From an uncultured delta proteobacterium (GTDB lineage: Bacteria; Desulfobacterota; Desulfomonilia; UBA1062): 64,000 nucleotides of DNA. The stretch spans positions 1-64,000 of the forward strand of contig CAWCTR010000017.1 of the NCBI GenBank assembly GCA_963798485.1, written 5' to 3'. The position numbers and the translations under genes were made by a program. This document shows, one piece after another, positions 54,082 through 64,000 of the stretch. The notes under the pieces were generated by a model. That model saw only the letters and a list, made by a program, of their open reading frames with translations, had not been told where the DNA came from and did no database searches. The stretch's first letter is position 1; each line of letters opens with the position of its first letter.

Positions 54082-54383
54082 AATCCATCTTTACAGGAAT
54101 AAAAAAATCAGGCCATTGCGGACCTGATAAAGAGGAGGTTCTATGGGGAATGAATCTTGAAGAACCTACTATTTTAATCGGCGTGAATCGGATTTGTATG
54201 AGTATGGCCATGATCATCCAGGTTCTATTGATCCCACTACCTCTGTGATCCCGGATTTCAAACATGATGGTATGGGGAGTATCCACTCGCGGAACTAGGC
54301 ATTTTGTAGTAAGCTAAGGGTAATTAGCCCCAAACGAGATGAAAGAGAACAATATTTTGTTATCAATTGAAGGGAGAAACTAT

Positions 54384-55874
54384 ATGGGAAAATTTCCGGA
54401 TTATGACCGGTATGATGCGCTCGGCCTGAACGAACTCATCAGGAAAAAGGAAGTAACCCCCGAGGAACTCTGTGAGGAGGCCATCGGACGCATCGAGCGG
54501 ACCAACCCGAAGATCAATGCCGTAATCTACAAGATGTTCGATATTGCACGGAATACCGCCAAGGGCAAGCTCCCGGAAGGGCCGTTTGCAGGCGTGCCCT
54601 TCCTCCTCAAGGACCTGCTCACATCCTATGCAGGGGTCCCTCTTACCATGGGGAGCAAAGCATGCAGGAATTACATACCCGATAAGGACAGTGAGCTTAT
54701 GAAGCGCTACAAGGCCACGGGTGTCGTTGTTTTGGGGAAGACGAACTGCCCGGAATTCGGGCTTATGGGTGTTACCGAACCCGAGTTGCACGGGCCTACC
54801 CGTAACCCCTGGAACTTGGACGTTACGCCGGGCGGCTCCAGCGGCGGATCGGGTGCGGCTGTTGCAAGCGGCATGGTTCCTTTTGCCTCCGGCGGTGACG
54901 GCGGCGGTTCCATCCGCATCCCCGCATCATACTGCGGACTTTTCGGGATGAAACCTTCCCGTGGTCGTAATCCTACCGGCCCCGAGTACGGCCAGATATG
55001 GCAGGGTGCCGCTGTCGAGCATGTACTCACCCGCTCGGTGCGGGACAGTGCCGCGATGATGGATGCCGTAAACGGGCCCGATGCCGGGGCTCCGTATATC
55101 ATCCCGAAGCCGGAGCGGCCATATCTCGAAGAGACGGCCCGTGAACCGGGCCCCTTGAAGATTGCCTTCACAAAGAAATCCCCCCTGAATACCGGGGTGC
55201 ACCCTGACTGTCAAAAGGCGGTAGAGAAGGCCGCAGCCCTCCTAACAGGCCTGGGGCACCATGTTGACGAGGCAGAGCCGGCCATAGACGGCATTGCACT
55301 GGCCAAGAGCTATTTCACCATGTACTTCGGTGAGATTGCAGCCGATATGGAAGACCTCACAAAGGTGCTGGGGAGAAAGGCGAAACCCTCGGATGTGGAA
55401 GGCCCCACCTGGGCGCTCAAGCTGCTCGGCGATGCATTCACTGCAGGGGAATATGTGCATGCAATACGGCAGTGGAACACCTTTGCCAGGCAGATGGGTC
55501 TCTTTTTTCAGGAATATGATCTCTACCTTACCCCCACCACCGCCTTCCCCCCGGTGAAGATCGGGGAGTTGAAACCAAAACCCATAGAAGAACGGCTCAT
55601 GAAAATTACCAATACCCTGAACCTGGGCAAACTCATAAGGCTTTCAGGAATTGCCGACAAGCTCGCCATTGAGAGCCTGGCCAAGACGCCTTATACGCAG
55701 CTTGCCAATGTCACCGGCCTGCCCGCCATGTCGGTGCCGCTTCACTGGACTGCGGACGGCCTGCCTTGCGGGGTGCAGTTCATTGCACCCTTCGGCGATG
55801 AGGCAACGCTCTTCAGGCTTGCAGGCCAGCTCGAAAAGGCCCAGCCGTGGTTCGACAAGAGGCCAAAATTATAG
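54384..55874 (+). CDS. Amidase signature family protein
   Basis: GVPFLLKD, PGGSSGGS and DGGGSIRIPAS. Confidence 0.93.
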   Translation: MGKFPDYDRYDALGLNELIRKKEVTPEELCEEAIGRIERTNPKINAVIYKMFDIARNTAKGKLPEGPFAGVPFLLKDLLTSYAGVPLTMGSKACRNYIPDKDSELMKRYKATGVVVLGKTNCPEFGLMGVTEPELHGPTRNPWNLDVTPGGSSGGSGAAVASGMVPFASGGDGGGSIRIPASYCGLFGMKPSRGRNPTGPEYGQIWQGAAVEHVLTRSVRDSAAMMDAVNGPDAGAPYIIPKPERPYLEETAREPGPLKIAFTKKSPLNTGVHPDCQKAVEKAAALLTGLGHHVDEAEPAIDGIALAKSYFTMYFGEIAADMEDLTKVLGRKAKPSDVEGPTWALKLLGDAFTAGEYVHAIRQWNTFARQMGLFFQEYDLYLTPTTAFPPVKIGELKPKPIEERLMKITNTLNLGKLIRLSGIADKLAIESLAKTPYTQLANVTGLPAMSVPLHWTADGLPCGVQFIAPFGDEATLFRLAGQLEKAQPWFDKRPKL

Positions 55875-56039
55875 AATTGTGCTGTACATAAACAGGGATT
55901 GAGCATCTGGAAATGCACCTTATAACCTGGGGTGGCATGAATCACCAGGACTGTATTGCCTTGGGGTTACCCTAAACTCACAATACTTCTGATTATCATT
56001 CTCATCGGATAATATTTTATGATACAATTATATCTATCT

Positions 56040-56545
56040 CTATCCGCGCTCACCTGGGAGGGCATCCGGCCATAGTTTTCGTTATGCCGATCGAGCATCT
56101 GCCTATAGCGATCACTGTCGGCAGGATTGCCACGTACTATCAGGCAGTCAAGGATCATAGTCGAGGCACCACCGCTCAGAAAGACCTTGTGCCCATATTC
56201 GGTATCCCGGCCGCCTTTCACGATAATGTCCGTATGCTCCTCAAAGAAAGAAACGATCTTCTCCGAGGCAGGTACATTCTCCCCCTTGAAGACACGCCGA
56301 TCAGCCTGGTCCATGACCTTCCCGAGTATCCCTACGGCCCGCTCAAGCTTGTCCGCCAGAACACGAGCCCCCAAGGTGTCACTGATATCCTTCCCTTCGA
56401 AAGACCACAGCTCGGCTATCGCATCCACAGCATACCCGGCTACCCGTTCAGCATACATGTGCAGGTCCCGGTAGGCGGCCTTCCTGACCTTGTCCTTCTT
56501 GGCATTGAGAATGGTCAGAACACGCTTCTTGATCACCCTCGTATT
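56040..56545 (-). pseudogene. Internal fragment of an IS5/ISNCY-type DDE transposase
   Basis: KIVSFFEEHTDIIVKGGRDTEYGHKV...GNPADS...VSAD. Both ends are missing. Confidence 0.72.
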
Positions 56546-56590
56546 AACTAGTAATGTATTGAAATAAACAAACAGGAGGAGATTTCTTCT

Positions 56591-58261
56591 ATGGAAAAGC
56601 CCTGGCACAAACACTATGACTACAACGTACCCACCAGCATCCGCTACCCGAGGATCCCTGCCCAGAGCCTCTTTCAGATCCCAGTAGGCGGATTCCCGGA
56701 CAAACCGTGTGTGAACTTCTATGGGACCGAGTACACATTTTGGCAGATCAGGGAGCAGATGCTCCGCATGGCGAATGCGCTGGGTAAGCTCGGGGTGAAA
56801 AAGGGCGACAGGGTCGGCATCCACCTTCCCAACTGCCCCCAATTCCCCATTGCCTATCTTGCCACCCTTTCACTAGGGGCGATCTTAGTGAATATGAACC
56901 CGCTCTATACCGCTAGTGAGCTCAAGCACATCATAGAGATCACGGGGATGGAGACGGTGATCACCTTTGACATGGTGCTGCACACCATCCGTCCGCTGGC
57001 AAAGGACCTGGGCCTCAAACGGATCGTTGTGACCAGGGTGACGGACTACATCACCGGTTTCGGCGTGAGCACGGCCAAGGATCTGGACCTGAACAAGGAA
57101 GAGGGATGGCACCACTTCTCCGAGCTCATCGAAGGCACAACGGAAACGCGGCTGCCCCGCATCCCGTTCAGCCCCGATGACCCGGCCATGATCCAGTTTA
57201 CCGGCGGCACCACGGGTGTGCCCAAGGGTGCTCTGCTTACGCACGCAAATATCATCGCCGCCACCTTCCAGGCATCCATGTGGGGCAACCCTACCATCAG
57301 CATTATACCTCTTGAGAAGCGCAACGTCCTGAGTGTGCTGCCCTACTTCCATGTCTACGGCAACATTGTGGCCATGAACTGGTCGTTCTTCAGTTGCGCC
57401 ACCCAGATCCTGGTACCGCGTTTCGATATCGATGAGATCCTCGGTATCATCGGCAAATTCGATAAGATCACCTTCTTCCCTGCTGTGCCGACCATGATCA
57501 CAGCAGTCATCAACCATCCCAAGGCCGCAGAACTGAATCTTGCCAAGCGCCTCGGCCTTCTCAATTCAGGCGCCGCCCCCATGCCGGTGGAGCTCATCGA
57601 GAAGGTGCAGGACATGGGCATCTACTTCAGCGAGGGCTTCGGTATGAGTGAATCCACCTCGCTGGGCATCAGCAATCCCATTTTGGGCATGAAGAAGGTC
57701 GGCAGCATAGGCATCCCCTTCCCGGACAACGATGTGAGGCTCGTGGACGTGGAAAACGGGACCGAGGACGTGAAACCAGGCGAACCGGGCGAGATCATCA
57801 TGAAGGGCCCGCTCATCATGAAGGGATACTGGAATAACCCCGAAGAGACCGCCGGCCAGCTCATAGACGGCTGGCTGCATACCGGCGACATCGCCCAGGC
57901 GGATGAGGACGGCTACCTCTTCATCGTCGACCGCAAGAAGGACATGATTATCGCCGGCGGCTTCAATATCTACCCCCGCGAGATCGACGAGGTCCTCTAT
58001 CAGCACCCCAAGGTCGCCGAGGCGGTTTCCGTCGGTGTGCCCGATGAGTACCGGGGCGAGACGGTGAAGGCCTTCGTGGTCCTCAAACCGGGTGTAACCG
58101 CAACCGATAAGGAAATAGTCGACTTCTGCAAGACCAAGCTCACGGCCTATAAGGTGCCCAAGCAGGTCGAGTTCAGGGAGTCTCTCCCGAAATCCGCTGT
58201 GGGAAAAATCCTGCGCAAGGTCCTTAAGCAGGAAGAGGCGGATAAGCACAAGAAATCTTAG
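56591..58261 (+). CDS. Long-chain fatty acid--CoA ligase
   Basis: FTGGTTGVPKG, EGFGMSE, WLHTGD, DRKKDMI and LPKSAVGK. Confidence 0.95.
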   Translation: MEKPWHKHYDYNVPTSIRYPRIPAQSLFQIPVGGFPDKPCVNFYGTEYTFWQIREQMLRMANALGKLGVKKGDRVGIHLPNCPQFPIAYLATLSLGAILVNMNPLYTASELKHIIEITGMETVITFDMVLHTIRPLAKDLGLKRIVVTRVTDYITGFGVSTAKDLDLNKEEGWHHFSELIEGTTETRLPRIPFSPDDPAMIQFTGGTTGVPKGALLTHANIIAATFQASMWGNPTISIIPLEKRNVLSVLPYFHVYGNIVAMNWSFFSCATQILVPRFDIDEILGIIGKFDKITFFPAVPTMITAVINHPKAAELNLAKRLGLLNSGAAPMPVELIEKVQDMGIYFSEGFGMSESTSLGISNPILGMKKVGSIGIPFPDNDVRLVDVENGTEDVKPGEPGEIIMKGPLIMKGYWNNPEETAGQLIDGWLHTGDIAQADEDGYLFIVDRKKDMIIAGGFNIYPREIDEVLYQHPKVAEAVSVGVPDEYRGETVKAFVVLKPGVTATDKEIVDFCKTKLTAYKVPKQVEFRESLPKSAVGKILRKVLKQEEADKHKKS

Positions 58262-58278
58262 TACCAACATGTACCAAT

Positions 58279-58319
58279 AAAAAAAGGAGCCGGGCAGCCC
58301 CAAAGGACGCCCGGCTCCT
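58279..58319 (-). terminator. Rho-independent terminator
   Basis: AGGAGCCGGGC/GCCCGGCTCCT stem with a U-tract on the minus strand. Confidence 0.75.
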
Positions 58320-58340
58320 CGATTGTTCATTATACTTGTG

Positions 58341-60422
58341 CTATTTCTCGATTACCAAAAACCCGTTCGGGTGGAAATCCTTTCCCGTAACCTTTTTTGA
58401 AATACCTTTCTGATCCAGGTACGGGGTGATGCCTCCCATGAAGAACGGCCAGCCCGCGCCCATGATCACACCGGTATCCACATCCTTGGGGCTCGCAACG
58501 ACACCCTCTTTGAGGATATGGTCGATCTCTACCGCTACACGGGACATAACCCGCTGTCTGATCTCCTCGTCGGTGAACTTCTTTTTTCCCTGCGGCCAGC
58601 CTGCTGCGATCTCGGGGTCGACATCGATGCCCTTGTCGGTGAAGGTAAGTATGCCCTTCTTGCCCTTTGCAACGAGGTTCTTAAGCCCTGCGCTCACCGG
58701 GAACCTGTCAGGCCATTGTTTGTTGAGGGTTTCCTGCACGTGAAGAGAGATGGCAGGACCCACCAGTGCGGCAAGGGTGAACGGCGACATGGGGAAGCCC
58801 ATCTCGACAACTGCGTTATCCACCTGCATGAAACCGGCCCCTTCGTCGATGCACGCGAAGATGCCGTCCATCCATGCCAGCAGAATCCTGTTCACGAGGA
58901 ATCCGGGTGCATTCTTCACGAGGACAGGTGTCTTCTTTATTTTCTTTGCGATATCGAAGGCTGTTGCAAGTACCACATCGCTGGTCTTTTCCGCCTTGAT
59001 GATCTCAACGAGCGGGAGCACGGCAATGGGGTTGAAGAAATGGAATCCCACCACGCGGGACGGATCCTTGAGGAATTTGCCCATCTCGCCGACATCGAGA
59101 GATGAGGTGTTGGTGAGGAACAGGCACTCGGGCTTGCATACGGCTTCCAGCTCGCCGAATACCTTCTGCTTGATGGACATCTCTTCGAAAACGGCCTCTA
59201 TCACGAAGTCGCAGTCCTTGAACTCATCATATGTTACGGTGCCGGTGATGAGCTCCTCGCCCATCCACTTGGCCTCGGCTGCAGACAGTTTGCCCTTTTT
59301 GGCCGTTTTGCCGAGTTGCTCCCTGACGTATGCCAGACCCTTGTCCACGAATTCCTGTTTGATATCCTTCATAACAACCGGGCACTGGTAACGCTGTGCG
59401 AAAAGAAGAGCCATCTGGGATGCCATGAGGCCGGCGCCGATGACGCCGATCTTGGCGATCTTGTTGCCTTTGACTTCCTTCGGCGGCCTGCCGGGGAGCT
59501 TCTTGGCCCTGCGCTGGGTAAGATCGAAAGAGTAAACGCCGCACTGGAACTGCTCGGAGATGATCATGTCGGCCAGTGCTTCGGTCTCCTTCTGGAACCC
59601 TTCATCAAAAGACCACCCTGCTGCGCCCTTGATGAGATCGAGCGCCCGGTATGGCCCCAATGCGCCTGAATGGACCCTGCCGGCAATGGTGGCCTTGGTC
59701 TGGTTGTACAGATCATCGCTCACCGTTGGATCCACCTTTTTGCGCTCTATCTTCTCTTCGCCGGTGATGATGCGCTCAAGTAAAGCTAAGGATTCATCCA
59801 TGAACTCTGCAGGGGCGATGAGCTTGTCCGCAAGGCCCATCTCGAAGGCCTTTTTGGAATTGATCATGCGGTTCTGGTTGAGTGGGTTCATGATGATGAG
59901 CTCGATAGCCGCCTCAGGCCCGCACAGCTTGGTCGCCAACTGGGTTCCGCCCCAACCCGGCACGAGGCCGAGGAAGCACTCGGGCAGCGCATAATGATCA
60001 CACCCTCCAGGGCTCTTGGATATGGTGCGGTATTTGTGGTAGAGCCCTACCTCGACACCGCCGCCCATGACTGCGCCGTTGATGGCGGCAAGTGTCGGAA
60101 CCTTGAGATCCATAATACGCTTGAAGATCTTGTGTCCCATTACACCGATTTCAAGGGCCTGCGCCTTGGCTACAGTCGGGTCAACGCTCATGATGTCGGC
60201 GCCCACATTGAAGATGTACGGCTTTCCGGTGAGGAGCCAGCCCTTTACATCAGCATCCTTCTCCACGATGTCGATGACCTTGTTGAGTGATTCCAGGGCC
60301 TCGGTGCTCCAGGTGTTGGGGACGTTGTAGAGCTGCCCGTTGTCCATCGTGACAATCGCTATCTTGCCTGCCTTCTTTGACTGATAATAGTTGAGTTTGC
60401 ATTCTGTTATATATTTAGCCAT
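58341..60422 (-). CDS. Enoyl-CoA hydratase/3-hydroxyacyl-CoA dehydrogenase (FadB/FadJ-like)
   Basis: GAD, GGGVE and LPE..LGLVPGWGG in the crotonase domain. GVIGAGLM, EAVFE, NTSS and GFHFFNP in the dehydrogenase domain. Confidence 0.93.
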   Translation of the reverse strand: MAKYITECKLNYYQSKKAGKIAIVTMDNGQLYNVPNTWSTEALESLNKVIDIVEKDADVKGWLLTGKPYIFNVGADIMSVDPTVAKAQALEIGVMGHKIFKRIMDLKVPTLAAINGAVMGGGVEVGLYHKYRTISKSPGGCDHYALPECFLGLVPGWGGTQLATKLCGPEAAIELIIMNPLNQNRMINSKKAFEMGLADKLIAPAEFMDESLALLERIITGEEKIERKKVDPTVSDDLYNQTKATIAGRVHSGALGPYRALDLIKGAAGWSFDEGFQKETEALADMIISEQFQCGVYSFDLTQRRAKKLPGRPPKEVKGNKIAKIGVIGAGLMASQMALLFAQRYQCPVVMKDIKQEFVDKGLAYVREQLGKTAKKGKLSAAEAKWMGEELITGTVTYDEFKDCDFVIEAVFEEMSIKQKVFGELEAVCKPECLFLTNTSSLDVGEMGKFLKDPSRVVGFHFFNPIAVLPLVEIIKAEKTSDVVLATAFDIAKKIKKTPVLVKNAPGFLVNRILLAWMDGIFACIDEGAGFMQVDNAVVEMGFPMSPFTLAALVGPAISLHVQETLNKQWPDRFPVSAGLKNLVAKGKKGILTFTDKGIDVDPEIAAGWPQGKKKFTDEEIRQRVMSRVAVEIDHILKEGVVASPKDVDTGVIMGAGWPFFMGGITPYLDQKGISKKVTGKDFHPNGFLVIEK

Positions 60423-60434
60423 GGCATGAACCTC

Positions 60435-61646
60435 CTAGAGCTTTTTCCCTACGACGTTTTCCCAAATGATAGAACCGCCCATGCCGAGACCGACGCACAT
60501 GGTGGTGAGCCCGTACTTGGCCTTCGGATTCATCTCGAAGTCCTGCGCGAGTTGCATGCTCAGGCGCACGCCGGAGCTGGCCAGTGGATGCCCGACAGCA
60601 ATGGTCCCGCCGTAAGGGTTGAGCCTTGGGTCCACAGGGGTCTTCATGCCGAAGTGCTTCATGAAGGCAACAGCCTGGACCGCAAAGGCCTCATTCAGCT
60701 CTATGTAGTCGAGGTCTTCGAACTTCATGCCGTAATTCTTCAGAACTTTCTCGGTGGCCGGCACTGGGCCGTATCCCATGATGGACGGATCGACGCCCAT
60801 GAAGGCAGCGCCGACGAACTTCATCTTGGGCTTAATCCCCAGCTCTTTGCATCTCTTGCCGGACATGAGGAGTGATACGCATGCACCGTCGTTCAATCCT
60901 GAGGCATTCGCCGCAGTGACCTTGCCTTCGGCCTTGAACGGGAACTTCCTGAGGGCCTTGATGCTCTCCAGGGTGGTGCCGCGTTTGGCCTGCTCGTCAC
61001 GGTCGGCAATCTTCCACCCGGTGGGGGAGAATACCGTCATGTCAACGACATGTTTGCTGTAGTAACCCTCGTCAAGCGCCTTGAAGTACTTCTGAAGGAC
61101 ATGGAAGGCATACTCATCCGCCTCATCCTTTGTGACAGCTTGCTCGCCGTTTTCCACGAGCCAGTCGTGAAGCTTCTCTGCGGTATTACCCATGTTGAAG
61201 TATTTCGGCTCCACCATCTTCTCGGTGACGATCCTGGGATTCGGGTCGGCATTCTGTCCCATGGGGTGGTGCCCCATATGCTCGACGCCGCCTGCGATGA
61301 TGATGTCGGCAACGCCTGCCTTGATGAATGACGAGCCGATGGTCTGGCATGTCATACCGCCTGCGCACATCCTGTCTACGGAAAACCCGGGGACAGTCTC
61401 GGGGAGACCTGCGGTAAACACGACCGTCCTGCCCATGGTAGTCCCCTGGTCGCCCTGTTGGGTCGTTGCGCCCCAGATGCTGTCATCAACCTCGCCCCAC
61501 GGAACAGTTGGGTTTCTTCTCACGAGCTCTTTCATGACCTTGGTAACCATGTCATCTGCCCGTGTGTTCCAGTAGAAGCCATCCTGCCTTGCTTTTCCGA
61601 ACCATGTACGTACGCCGTCTACAAAATACGCATCTCTTAAATCCAT
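60435..61646 (-). CDS. Thiolase (acetyl-CoA C-acyltransferase)
   Basis: DRMCAGG, NEAFA, GHPLASSG and MCVGLGMG. Confidence 0.95.
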   Translation of the reverse strand: MDLRDAYFVDGVRTWFGKARQDGFYWNTRADDMVTKVMKELVRRNPTVPWGEVDDSIWGATTQQGDQGTTMGRTVVFTAGLPETVPGFSVDRMCAGGMTCQTIGSSFIKAGVADIIIAGGVEHMGHHPMGQNADPNPRIVTEKMVEPKYFNMGNTAEKLHDWLVENGEQAVTKDEADEYAFHVLQKYFKALDEGYYSKHVVDMTVFSPTGWKIADRDEQAKRGTTLESIKALRKFPFKAEGKVTAANASGLNDGACVSLLMSGKRCKELGIKPKMKFVGAAFMGVDPSIMGYGPVPATEKVLKNYGMKFEDLDYIELNEAFAVQAVAFMKHFGMKTPVDPRLNPYGGTIAVGHPLASSGVRLSMQLAQDFEMNPKAKYGLTTMCVGLGMGGSIIWENVVGKKL

Positions 61647-61984
61647 ACAGCCTCCTTAGTATGCGTGTCCTTTTCTCTTTATGGATAGATGATCATCAAG
61701 CACGGTGAGACCTTTTGCATCCTTATTCATTCTAAAATACCCCCATGGGGGAGGTCTTGTCAACGAACTTCTGAATGATGGTTCATTTTTCATAACTGTA
61801 GATCCAGGCTTGCTCTTTATCTTGCGGATAGGTTTTCGTAATGTACCCTTCATTAAATCCAGCAGATAAAAGATCCCTTTTCTTCTCATTTGTCCGTATT
61901 GCCGGGCTTTAAAAACGATAGTATGGTGTCTCTAAGATTTGAAGAAACTTTTCAGAAAAAAGATGAACAGGGAGCAACCCTTCC

Positions 61985-62179
61985 GTGACAGGACAGAAGC
62001 CGCAGCCAAAAGATATTAACTGTTTTTCCTGTCACCATTTCTACATCACCTATGATCGCGGTTTTCCTTATGGATGCAGAGCGGCTGGTTTCAAATCACG
62101 TCTCATGCCTTCACGGGAGATGTATGTTAATTCCGGATTGGAGTGCCTGCTCTTTAAGGAAAAAGAAAGAAAAAGATAA
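61985..62179 (+). CDS. Small Cys-rich conserved hypothetical protein
   Basis: NCFSCHHFYITYD..FPYGC...GFKS..MPS...SG.EC pattern. Confidence 0.65.
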   Translation: MTGQKPQPKDINCFSCHHFYITYDRGFPYGCRAAGFKSRLMPSREMYVNSGLECLLFKEKERKR

Positions 62180-62196
62180 ACTCAGAAGAAAGTACA

Positions 62197-62223
62197 AGGG
62201 CGGGCACAAGGCCCGCCCCTACA
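62197..62223 (-). repeat. Single GTAG-type REP palindrome
   Basis: Minus strand reads TGTAGGGGCGGGCCTTGTGCCCGCCCT. Confidence 0.7.
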
Positions 62224-62290
62224 TTGAGAATTGATTTCCCGCTTCTCTGTTACTATACAGATACTAATCGTCTTTTGAGGAGGAGGTTGC

Positions 62291-62758
62291 ATGGAACAGA
62301 AACGGCTTGGATATTATATCGATATCGCGATCCAGCGGGAGGAAGAGGCCTATGAATTCTACACAGGACTCCTTTCGAATGTGCAAGATGAAATCGCAAA
62401 GGATGCGTTGAAGCTCCTTGCCGGCGAGGAGAAGAAGCACAAGGCGTTCCTCGTGAGTTATCGTGACGGCAGCGCCGGGGCGGATGCACTTCGCATGAAC
62501 CACCCGGTTGATTATAAGGTTGCCGAGCACATGGATAAACCGGATATAAACAAGGATATGAAATCCAAGGATGTCTTCCTGGTAGCCGCTTTCAGGGAGC
62601 TCAATTCATACAACTTCTACAAGGGGCTTGCCGACATGCACCCTGAAGGCGAGCTGAAACAGGTCTTTCTTAAGATGGCCAGTGAAGAGATGAACCACAA
62701 GGAAAAGGTAGAGTACCTCTATTCCAACGCATCCTTTGCCCAGACAGATGGCGGATAA
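62291..62758 (+). CDS. Ferritin-like/rubrerythrin-family protein
   Basis: AIQREEEAYEFY...EEKKH and RE.NSYNFY...EEMNH di-iron motifs. Confidence 0.88.
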   Translation: MEQKRLGYYIDIAIQREEEAYEFYTGLLSNVQDEIAKDALKLLAGEEKKHKAFLVSYRDGSAGADALRMNHPVDYKVAEHMDKPDINKDMKSKDVFLVAAFRELNSYNFYKGLADMHPEGELKQVFLKMASEEMNHKEKVEYLYSNASFAQTDGG

Positions 62759-62803
62759 GCGGGACAAAGAATTAAATAAAGGCGCGAGGTATACAACACG
62801 ACC

Positions 62804-64000
62804 ATGATTCACTGGAATACATTACTCATAGTCTTCCTTTCCCTGTTCGTCTTAAGCCTTATGATGCGGTTCGGCCTTAAGTGGCTCAACAGAAAGCATC
62901 TCAAGGAATACGGCCATGTGGTGCCCGGGGTATTCAAAGACGAGATCGATCCGGCCACATTGACACGTATGCGTGATTACACGGTTGCCATGAGCAACCT
63001 CGGCTCCATGGAGATGTTTGTAGATGACCTCGCAGGCCTTGCAATGATCTTAAGCGGTTTTCTGCCTTATCTTGCAGGTACTCACCTTCTCTCGGGCCTC
63101 CATCCGGTGCTTGCGGGGATCCTGTTCATGTTCGCCTGCTCGATTCTGCTTGGGGTTCTGGACATACCCTTTGATCTGTACAGCACCTTTGTAATCGAGC
63201 GCAACTTCGGGTTCAGCACCATCACCTTGCCGCTCTGGATCAAAGACCAGATTAAATCATTGATGGTATCAGGCCTTCTTCTGGGGATCATCCTTGCCGT
63301 GTTCCTTGAGCTGCTGTATACCCTTCCGGGCCTGTGGTGGCTTCCTGCCTGGGTGTGCTTCGTGCTGTTCCAACTCCTTCTAGCCTGGCTCTATCCAAAG
63401 GTGATCGCCCCAATGTTCAATAAGTTCGAACCCATCGAGGATGAGACCCTGAAAAAGGGCATCGACGCGCTTCTCGAACATGCAGGATTTCACCTGAAAG
63501 GCCTGTTCAAGATGGATGCAAGCACACGCAGCAGGCATTCGAACGCCTATTTCACCGGTATCGGCAAGTTCAAGAGGATCGTGCTTTTCGATACCCTCAT
63601 CAACACCCACACTATAGAAGAGATCACGGCCGTCTTAGCCCATGAGCTCGGCCACCTCAAAAAGGGCCACATAAAAAAACAGCTGGGCGCATCGATCGTT
63701 GTCTCGCTTATCGTACTCTATGCGATTGCAAAGCTCCTTGCCTGGCAGGGCCTGTATATGACTTTCGGGTTTCACGGCATCATCCCCTATGCAGGCCTTT
63801 TTCTGCTTACCATCATGGGAAAGACCGTTACCTTCTTCCTGACCCCCATCGGGTCCCTTATCTCCAGGCGCTATGAGAGACAGGCGGATGCCTATGCACG
63901 CACCCTGACCGGATCGAGCGTTCCGCTGGCACAGGCGTTGAAACGTATCGCCAAAGACAACCTCGCAAATCTCCATCCCCACCCGCTCTATGCGTGGTTC
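62804..64000 (+). CDS. M48 family (Ste24-like) metallopeptidase, runs off the window edge
   Basis: Open frame from ATG 62804 with NAYFTG.G..KRIVLFDTL, AVLAHELGH (63641) and E..AD. Absent from the ORF track because there is no stop in the window. Confidence 0.9.
   Translation, partial: MIHWNTLLIVFLSLFVLSLMMRFGLKWLNRKHLKEYGHVVPGVFKDEIDPATLTRMRDYTVAMSNLGSMEMFVDDLAGLAMILSGFLPYLAGTHLLSGLHPVLAGILFMFACSILLGVLDIPFDLYSTFVIERNFGFSTITLPLWIKDQIKSLMVSGLLLGIILAVFLELLYTLPGLWWLPAWVCFVLFQLLLAWLYPKVIAPMFNKFEPIEDETLKKGIDALLEHAGFHLKGLFKMDASTRSRHSNAYFTGIGKFKRIVLFDTLINTHTIEEITAVLAHELGHLKKGHIKKQLGASIVVSLIVLYAIAKLLAWQGLYMTFGFHGIIPYAGLFLLTIMGKTVTFFLTPIGSLISRRYERQADAYARTLTGSSVPLAQALKRIAKDNLANLHPHPLYAWF

Noticed and set aside
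55967-56842. 291-aa ORF as a single protein
   Set aside because: It is a chimera of ligase antisense sequence and a transposase fragment.
61985-62179. Uracil-DNA glycosylase label often attached to this small family
   Set aside because: At 64 aa it has no UDG catalytic motifs, so it is left as hypothetical.

Overview
This is bacterial DNA, and the gene content and order (rpsU-yqeY-mutS2-dnaG-rpoD, many hybrid kinases, a sigma-54 activator, beta-oxidation genes) suggest a deltaproteobacterium/Desulfobacterota-like anaerobe; that assignment is inference. The left ~30 kb is a patchwork accessory island. It holds an IS110 transposase, two diverged copies of a YfhO-like + TMTC-like/TPR glycosyltransferase pair, two nested 5'-only group II intron RNAs, a Fic gene, a decayed DUF3489-DUF2924-large serine recombinase module beside a tRNA-3'-like end, two MITEs, and a decayed DDE IS flanked by a ~47-bp direct repeat. 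It also carries PAP2, an HD-GYP/GGDEF pair, a Sel1-repeat gene, an HNH nuclease, PLD and umuD remnants, MenA and SRAP. The right ~34 kb is mostly core and signalling genes. The strongest leads are: (1) two paralogous RpoH-like sigma factors behind near-identical sigma-54 promoters, each with an upstream palindrome at the same 86-bp offset, next to paralogous kinases and an NtrC-type activator; (2) an unannotated fixed-length 48-bp motif recurring at cargo-gene boundaries in the island; (3) the nested group II introns, with an intron-less homologue of the outer intron's target site in the window; (4) the unusually long target-site-like duplication. All calls come from reading the sequence and motifs by eye; no database search was run.
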